From assembly GCA_001724265.1 (NCBI GenBank), contig MEDY01000153.1, positions 1-61,223 of the forward strand: a stretch of 61,223 bases of DNA, read 5' to 3'. Below the pieces are notes generated by a model. The model ran no database searches, had not been told where the DNA came from, and was given only the letters and a program-made list of their open reading frames with translations. The stretch comes from Rhizaria sp. SCN 62-66 (taxonomy: Eukaryota). Below, in pieces: positions 56,355-61,223 of the stretch. The stretch's first letter is position 1. Every line of letters starts with the position of its first letter. A program made the translations under genes and the position numbers.

Positions 56355-59300
56355 ATGGCGTCCGATCCTTCCAGGAACGCGGCGTCTGGCCCTCTCAAAG
56401 AGGAAGGTACGTCCCCCGCAGACCGCTTTCTCTTCTCGCGCCTCAGTGCCCTTGCTGCCCGTGAGCAGGACTTCATGTTCTCGCACCGCTCCTGCATATG
56501 CGTTAACTCTGTAACAGATATTACATGCACCTTGTAATTGCTCACCGTGTGTGTTTTGCGCTTGTATGCCTTTCTTTTGATGATATAGACCTCTATCGGA
56601 TGCAACCAGAGGTTGCCGCCTACCCCCACAAGGCACCTCGCATCGACCCTGTTTTATACCAAGTACGTCTATATCTCTGCACGCCTCCACACCTAAGACC
56701 AGCGAATGTGATGGCCCTTTTTTCGGTCTAATTTGTATCTCCTGATCTAATCTTATCGTCACCCTTCTGTTTCCTGTTCTTGTTTTTGCATGATTCCCCC
56801 AGTCCTCGACCCCGGGCTTCGCGCATACCCACCCCGCGCCGCAGACCTACGTCCCGCGCGGCAACGGCCACGCCATCGAGCGCGGCGGTCCCGGCCGTCT
56901 CTACAGCCACACCTCGGTCCACCCTGACGACGCGCGCGCGTCCTTCTCCTTCCTGTCGTCGCTGTTCCCGCCCCCGCTGACGTCGCCGATGCACCTCCCG
57001 TGCACAGACAACGCCATGGCGCTGATGAACGCGCTGCACTACGACCCCGTGCTGTTCCAGGCCTACCTCGCCAAGCCGCTCGTGGACGCCAACATGGCAG
57101 GGCTCTTCACCCCCGCGCCCGCCGCGCTGGCCGCCGACGCTTCCGTCGCCGTCCTCGCCACCACGAACGACGCCGACCTCGCCTACCACAGCAACGCCAC
57201 CAACACCGCAAACAACAACGCCAGCAGCGCGAACGCGCCTGGCGCGGGCGCGGGCGTGACTGGCGACGTGCCCGCGACGCTGGCGATGGGCGCGGGCGGC
57301 TTCGGCCGCGTCTCTGGCGTCGCCCCGCTCGGCGCCGTCGAGGCCACCGCGGCGCGGGCGCTGACGGGGGCTGTGCTCTCCAACGCGTACACGCTCTCGC
57401 TCGCCGCCAAGGCAGCGCAGGACGGTGGCAGCGCGGGCGAGTCTGCTGCTGCTGGCGCTGGCGCTGGTGCAAGCGCGGGGGGCGCGACGGTGCTGTCGAC
57501 GCTGCTGGCAACTGCGATGGTCACGCCCGACGGCTCCGGTCTCGCGCCCAACACCACTGCACTCGCACACAGCCACGCCCACAGTCCTACGACGAGTAGC
57601 GACTGTGGCAGCGGCGCGGCCGGGCCGGAGACCGCGTCCGCGGCGGGCGCGGCGGCGGCGGGCGGCGCGGGCGCACTGTTCGTGCCCACGCTGACGCGCG
57701 CCAGTCTGCCTGACGCGCTCACCACGCCCAGCGGCATCAGCAGCGCGATCAGCAAGGCGAGCGGTAACGCAAGCAACGCGAATGCTGCTGCTCCGATGCT
57801 AGCGCTCCCTACGATGACCGCGACCTCGCTCTCGAGCAACTCTAACGCACACAGTCACGCGCACGGCCACGGCCCCGCGAAGCAAGGCAGCAGCAGCGGC
57901 AGCAGCAGCAGCAGCAGCAGCAAGGGCGGCAGGAGCTCCGGCGCTGGCCGGGGGGCGGCCGTGGGCGGCGCTGGCGGGCACAACTCGCTGGCGGTCGACG
58001 GTGCGGTGAACACCCTGACGGCGTATCTTCCGCCGTACGCCAAGACGGCGCATGTGGGCCCGCTGTCGGCCACGGGCGTCGAGGCGCGCACCGCAGACGC
58101 TGCCGAGGCCGGGGTCGGCCCCGCGGCCTTCGCGGCCACGGCGCACGGCAACGTCAGCAGCAGCAGAGGCGCCGACGCAACTGCTACTGCGGCGGCGGTT
58201 GCGAAGGGCGGCAGGGCGCGCGTGGACCGCAAGGCCCTCGTCGGGCTCGGCGTCGCGGGCGGCTATGCGGAGATCGGCTTCGACGGCGTCCTGCTGCCCG
58301 ACTACCCGTCCCTCCAGCCCGCACCCAGTGCCGAGACCGGAGACGCGGCCGCCGCAACTGCATCCTCCGTTGCTGCCGCTGCGGCTGCCGCGACAGCGAT
58401 GGTGAACGTGGGCGGGCCGCTCGCGTTCGCGGTGCAGCCCGAGGGCGTGCCGCTCGCGGGCCGCGCCGCCATCAGCCCCGACTGCGCGCTCGCCGCCTGC
58501 AACGCTGCGGACGCGGGTGCTGCTGATGTCAGCAGTAGTGTGGGCAAGAGCGGCGTGACCGTAGGCATGAGCCGCGGCGGGATCCCGACCGTGCCCGCAC
58601 CCGTCGGCGCCGCGCCGCCCCATAGCGACAGCGACGACGACGACGGCCACTACACGGTCGGCGGCGTACACAGCGCTGCCAGTGCGGACGACGCGTTCGC
58701 GAGCGCCGGCATGCGCAACCCGTGGGACATCCTGACGACGCCGATCGCGTCGCTGCCGCACGCGCACTGGCTTTCGCTGCCGGCCACGCAGACCCAGTCC
58801 ACGACAGCCTCGCGCGCGCCCTTCACGACCAACCTGCCGTACCCCGCCACGCAGGAGACGGTGGTGGCGCGCTTCGGCGGCGTGGCCCCGCAGGCCGCGC
58901 TGCAGGCGCTCGCCGCCGCCTCGGCCACGGCCGCGCTCACGCAGCCCCAGGCCGCCGCGGGCGCTGTCGCGGGCGCGGGCGTCGGCGCCGGCGCTGGCTC
59001 TGCTGCCGCTGCGGCTGCGGCGGCCGGCGCTGCGGCACAGGCACAGTCGCAGTCGTTTCTGCTGACCGGCTCTGGCGGTGCCAGCGCTGGCGGCAGCAGC
59101 GGCAGTGGGCTGGGCGCCGCGCCGACCGCTGACACGGTGGGCTACTACGGCGCGTGCCTGGACCTCGCGCCCAGCCAGGCGCGGCCCGTACTGGCGGCCG
59201 AGACCGTGGTCGCTGGCGGCAACGACGCCGCCGCGCGCCGGTACAACAACCCCTCTGCGTACGGCTACGCGGGCGGCGAGGGCACCGTCACTGCCGTCTC

Positions 59301-61223
59301 CGCCGCTGTCCCGCTCCATAGTAACGCGGTGGGCGCCGGCAGCGCGCGGGGCCGCGACCTGGCCGGGCTGGCCGGGCTGGGGGTGGCCGCCTCCGCCGCG
59401 GCGGGGCTGCCCGACTCGGCCGTGTCGTTTCTCGCCGCGCGCCTGGCCGAGCACGCGGACCTGCTCGCGGGCCCGCTGCGCGCGCACATCATTGACTGGG
59501 AGCGCACCAACGCGCTCAAGTGGGCAAAGTACGAGGCGCTCGTCAACAAGTACAACGAGAACGCTGTTGCTAGCAGTAACGCCAAGGCCGGTAACGCGAT
59601 GACTGACGGCGACAATGCCACTGCCGCTTCTACGTCGAGTGGTGCCGCTGGGAAGAGCGAGCGCGGCCTGACTTTCTCGCAGCGCGAGGACGCCATTCTC
59701 CGCGACGCTGGCATCACTCTTAACGCCAGCACTAGCTCTAGCTCCAGCTCTAGTCGTCACAGCTCCTCCAGCAGCAGCTCTGGCCAGTCGGGCGCTTTGT
59801 CCGCGGACGTGAGCAGCTCGATGGCGCTCGACTTCGACCTCCGCACGCGCGGCTTCGCGACAACCGAGACGGAGAAGCTGGTCATCGCCGCCAGCGCGGA
59901 CCCCTACTCGGCCGCGGTCACCTCCGCGCGCGCACGCACGGCGCAGCCCGGCGTGACCGTGGGCCCACTTGCGGGCACGTACGCGTACGGCGCTAGCCTC
60001 AGCATCGCGCCCACCAACACGGCCGTCGTGGCCGCGGACAGCAACGACGACGCGAGTAGTAGCAGCAGCAGCAGCAGCAGCAGCTCGAGTGATACGGCTA
60101 GCGCGAGCCTGGGCGTTCTGGGCTCGCCGATGGCGCTCGCCAGCCCAGTCTCTGCCTCGTCCGCGAGCGGCGCCGCCCACAGCGTCCACAACAGCGACCT
60201 CTCGCTGCCCGCCCCGCACCACAGCTGCTCTGGCGGCTCCGAGCTCCACCACGCACAATGCGGCGCGGCGGCGGCGGGCCAGTGCGTGTCGGGCTGCTAC
60301 AGCAGCGTGGCCGCAATCGCGGGCGTCACGGACCCCGCGCTGCTGGCCGAGTCCGCCGTCTACAGCGACCTCAACCACTCGCGCACGGCGTTGACGCTGG
60401 GCCCGCTACCGCCCAACGCGCGCGCCGCGTCCGGAGTCGGCTACTCGCACGTCTTTAACCCCGCGCTGGCGTACGGCGCGCCTAACACCACCAACCATCC
60501 GCACCTCATCGCGGACGCCGCCGCCGCCGCCGCCACGGCCAACGTCGCCGCCGCGGCTGCTGCTGCTGCCGCCGCTGCTGCCGCGGGCGCCGGTGACGCG
60601 GGCCCCGCGGCCGCTGCGGCGGCGCTGGCGGCGGCCACGGCTTCTGCGTCGACCGCCGCTGTGGCGTCGGTGGCCGCAGTCGCCGCCGTCGCCGCCGCGC
60701 TGCCCACCATGAACCTCGGCGTGAACTACAACGTGAACCTCCATGGGCCCTCGCGCGCCGCGGCCGCGACCGCCGCGGGCGCCGCGCGCACGTTCCCCGC
60801 CTCCGTCTCCGCTGATAACATGGCAAGTAGCAGCAACAGCAGCAGCAGTGGTAGTGCCGCGGTGAGCAACATCGGCAAGATCGAGGGCGCGTCCGCCGCG
60901 ACCATCGCGGCCGCGCGCGCGCTGCTGGCAACGAGCACGGGCGTGCACAGCAGCGCGCTGCACCCGTCCTCGGTCACGCCCGCCTCGGCGTTGGCGGCCA
61001 CCACGGTCAACACCACGCACGCCGCCGCGCCCGGCTACGGCTACGGCTGGCGCCACACAGAGGTCGCGCACACGACCACGGCCAACGCGCCCGCCGCCGC
61101 CGCTGCCGCCGCCGCCGCCTCTGCTGCGGCCGCGGCCGGCGGCGGCGCGGCGGCGGGGCTGGGCGTGTCCGCTGCGTCGCTTACCGCCGCTGCGCTGCCC
61201 GCCGCCGCCGCGGTCGCCGCGGC
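56355..61223 (+). CDS. Very large Ala/Gly/Ser-rich hypothetical protein, 3'-truncated by the window edge; exons 56355-56406, 56610-56662, 56803->61223
   Basis: Two GTACGT..CAG introns join MASDPSRN..EE/EVAAYPHK..LYQ/SSTPGF in frame. The frame starting at 56803 has no stop for over 4.4 kb and is absent from the ORF track because it lacks a stop. Confidence 0.78.

Noticed and set aside
1..61223. tRNA, rRNA, CRISPR arrays or prokaryotic operons
   Set aside because: None recognised. In particular I saw no tRNA(CUA) in this window, and the DNA is intron-containing eukaryotic sequence.

Overview
Gene-dense eukaryotic (protist-like) nuclear DNA with very GC-rich exons and short (about 120-240 nt) AT/pyrimidine-rich spliceosomal introns. 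I can model 16 complete and 2 partial protein genes: RPL19 (partial), EIPR1/TSSC1, carnosine N-methyltransferase, a large membrane-anchored CRAL-TRIO protein, DDX21-like helicase, NAD kinase, a secreted animal-type transglutaminase, BRF1, SEC23, a SAP-domain protein, a long coiled-coil protein, a low-complexity orphan, RNASEK/V-ATPase subunit f, SF3B3, ABCF2, SEH1, a ZNF706-like zinc finger and a partial orphan. The main result is evidence for a non-standard nuclear genetic code in which UAG is a sense codon (most likely Gln) while UAA and UGA remain stops. Four in-frame TAGs lie inside three genes, three of them in poly-Gln or Gln-rich tracts, and once these are read through all 16 complete genes end in TAA or TGA. 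Other signals: an unusual GTACG 5' splice-site consensus (23 of 25 introns), a cluster of MSA-like (MYB3R) elements in a bidirectional promoter, pervasive poly-Ala/Gly/Ser insertions in conserved proteins, and an unexplained 2.5 kb non-coding region containing a long hairpin. All calls come from manual reading and remembered family motifs; no searches were run.
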